Positions 63,678 to 64,000 of a DNA stretch of 64,000 nt are shown here, in pieces. Location of the stretch: the NCBI GenBank assembly GCA_028534125.1, contig CM052817.1, forward strand, positions 68,760,001-68,824,000, written 5' to 3'. Within the stretch, counting starts at the first letter, position 1. Every line of letters begins with the position of its first letter. Source of the stretch: Lama glama (Eukaryota). A model generated the notes under the pieces. That model saw only the letters and a list, made by a program, of their open reading frames with translations. It searched no databases and was not told where the DNA came from. A program made the position numbers and the translations under genes.

Positions 63678-64000
63678 TAAAATCCTGAATGTTAAGACCA
63701 GAAACATAAAACTCCTAGAGGAAAACATAGAACACTGCCTGACGTAAATCATTTTTGGCTCTGTCTCCTAAAGCAAATGAAAGCAAATATAAACAAATGG
63801 GACCTAACTGAATTTAAAAGCTTTTGCACAGCAAAGGAAACCACTGACAAAATGAAAAGGCAACCCAAAGAATAAGAGAAAACATTTGCAAATGATGTGG
63901 CTGATAAGGGATTAATATCCAACATATATAAACAAGCTCATACAAGTCAACATCAAAAAAACAAACAACCCAATTAAAAAATGCACAGAAGACCTGAATA
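63678..64000 (+). mobile_element. L1 ORF2 segment inverted relative to its neighbour, running off the window
   Basis: ataaaactcctagaggaaaacatag (IKLLEENI), aaacaaatgggaccta..aaaagcttttgcacagcaaaggaaacc (KSFCTAKET), ctgataagggattaatatcc. Confidence 0.9.

Noticed and set aside
1..64000. CRISPR arrays, operons, rRNA/tRNA genes or other prokaryote-type systems
   Set aside because: No regularly spaced repeat-spacer array or RNA-gene signature seen; the DNA is mammalian and repeat-derived

Overview
AT-rich, CpG-depleted, repeat-dense placental mammal DNA, most likely a camelid (camel/alpaca/llama). The young L1 3' ends at 46779-47737 and 59645-59899 look camelid-type, and I saw no Alu, B1/B2, PRE-1, Bov-tA/BovB or CanSINE. 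I recognise no intact protein-coding gene, rRNA, tRNA or CRISPR array. The listed ORFs are either decayed transposon proteins (L1 ORF2, ERVL gag) or chance/low-complexity ORFs. The window is a layered mosaic of L1, L2, MIR, CR1, MaLR/ERVL LTRs, DNA-transposon MITEs and microsatellites, with one 100-N gap. It is probably a large intron or intergenic region; L1s are mostly on the minus strand. The most unusual structures are: (1) an LTR-less ERVL internal remnant in permuted order, RT-RNaseH-dUTPase then gag-pro on the same strand, with the integrase core missing; (2) a 2.5-kb L1 with both ends and a TSD but two large internal deletions, nested in an MLT1D LTR; (3) an unidentified ~470-bp insert splitting an old L1; (4) a twin-priming-type L1 inversion at the right edge. 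I find no convincing evidence for a new biological system. Repeat family names are from memory of consensus sequences, not from a search, and boundaries are approximate.
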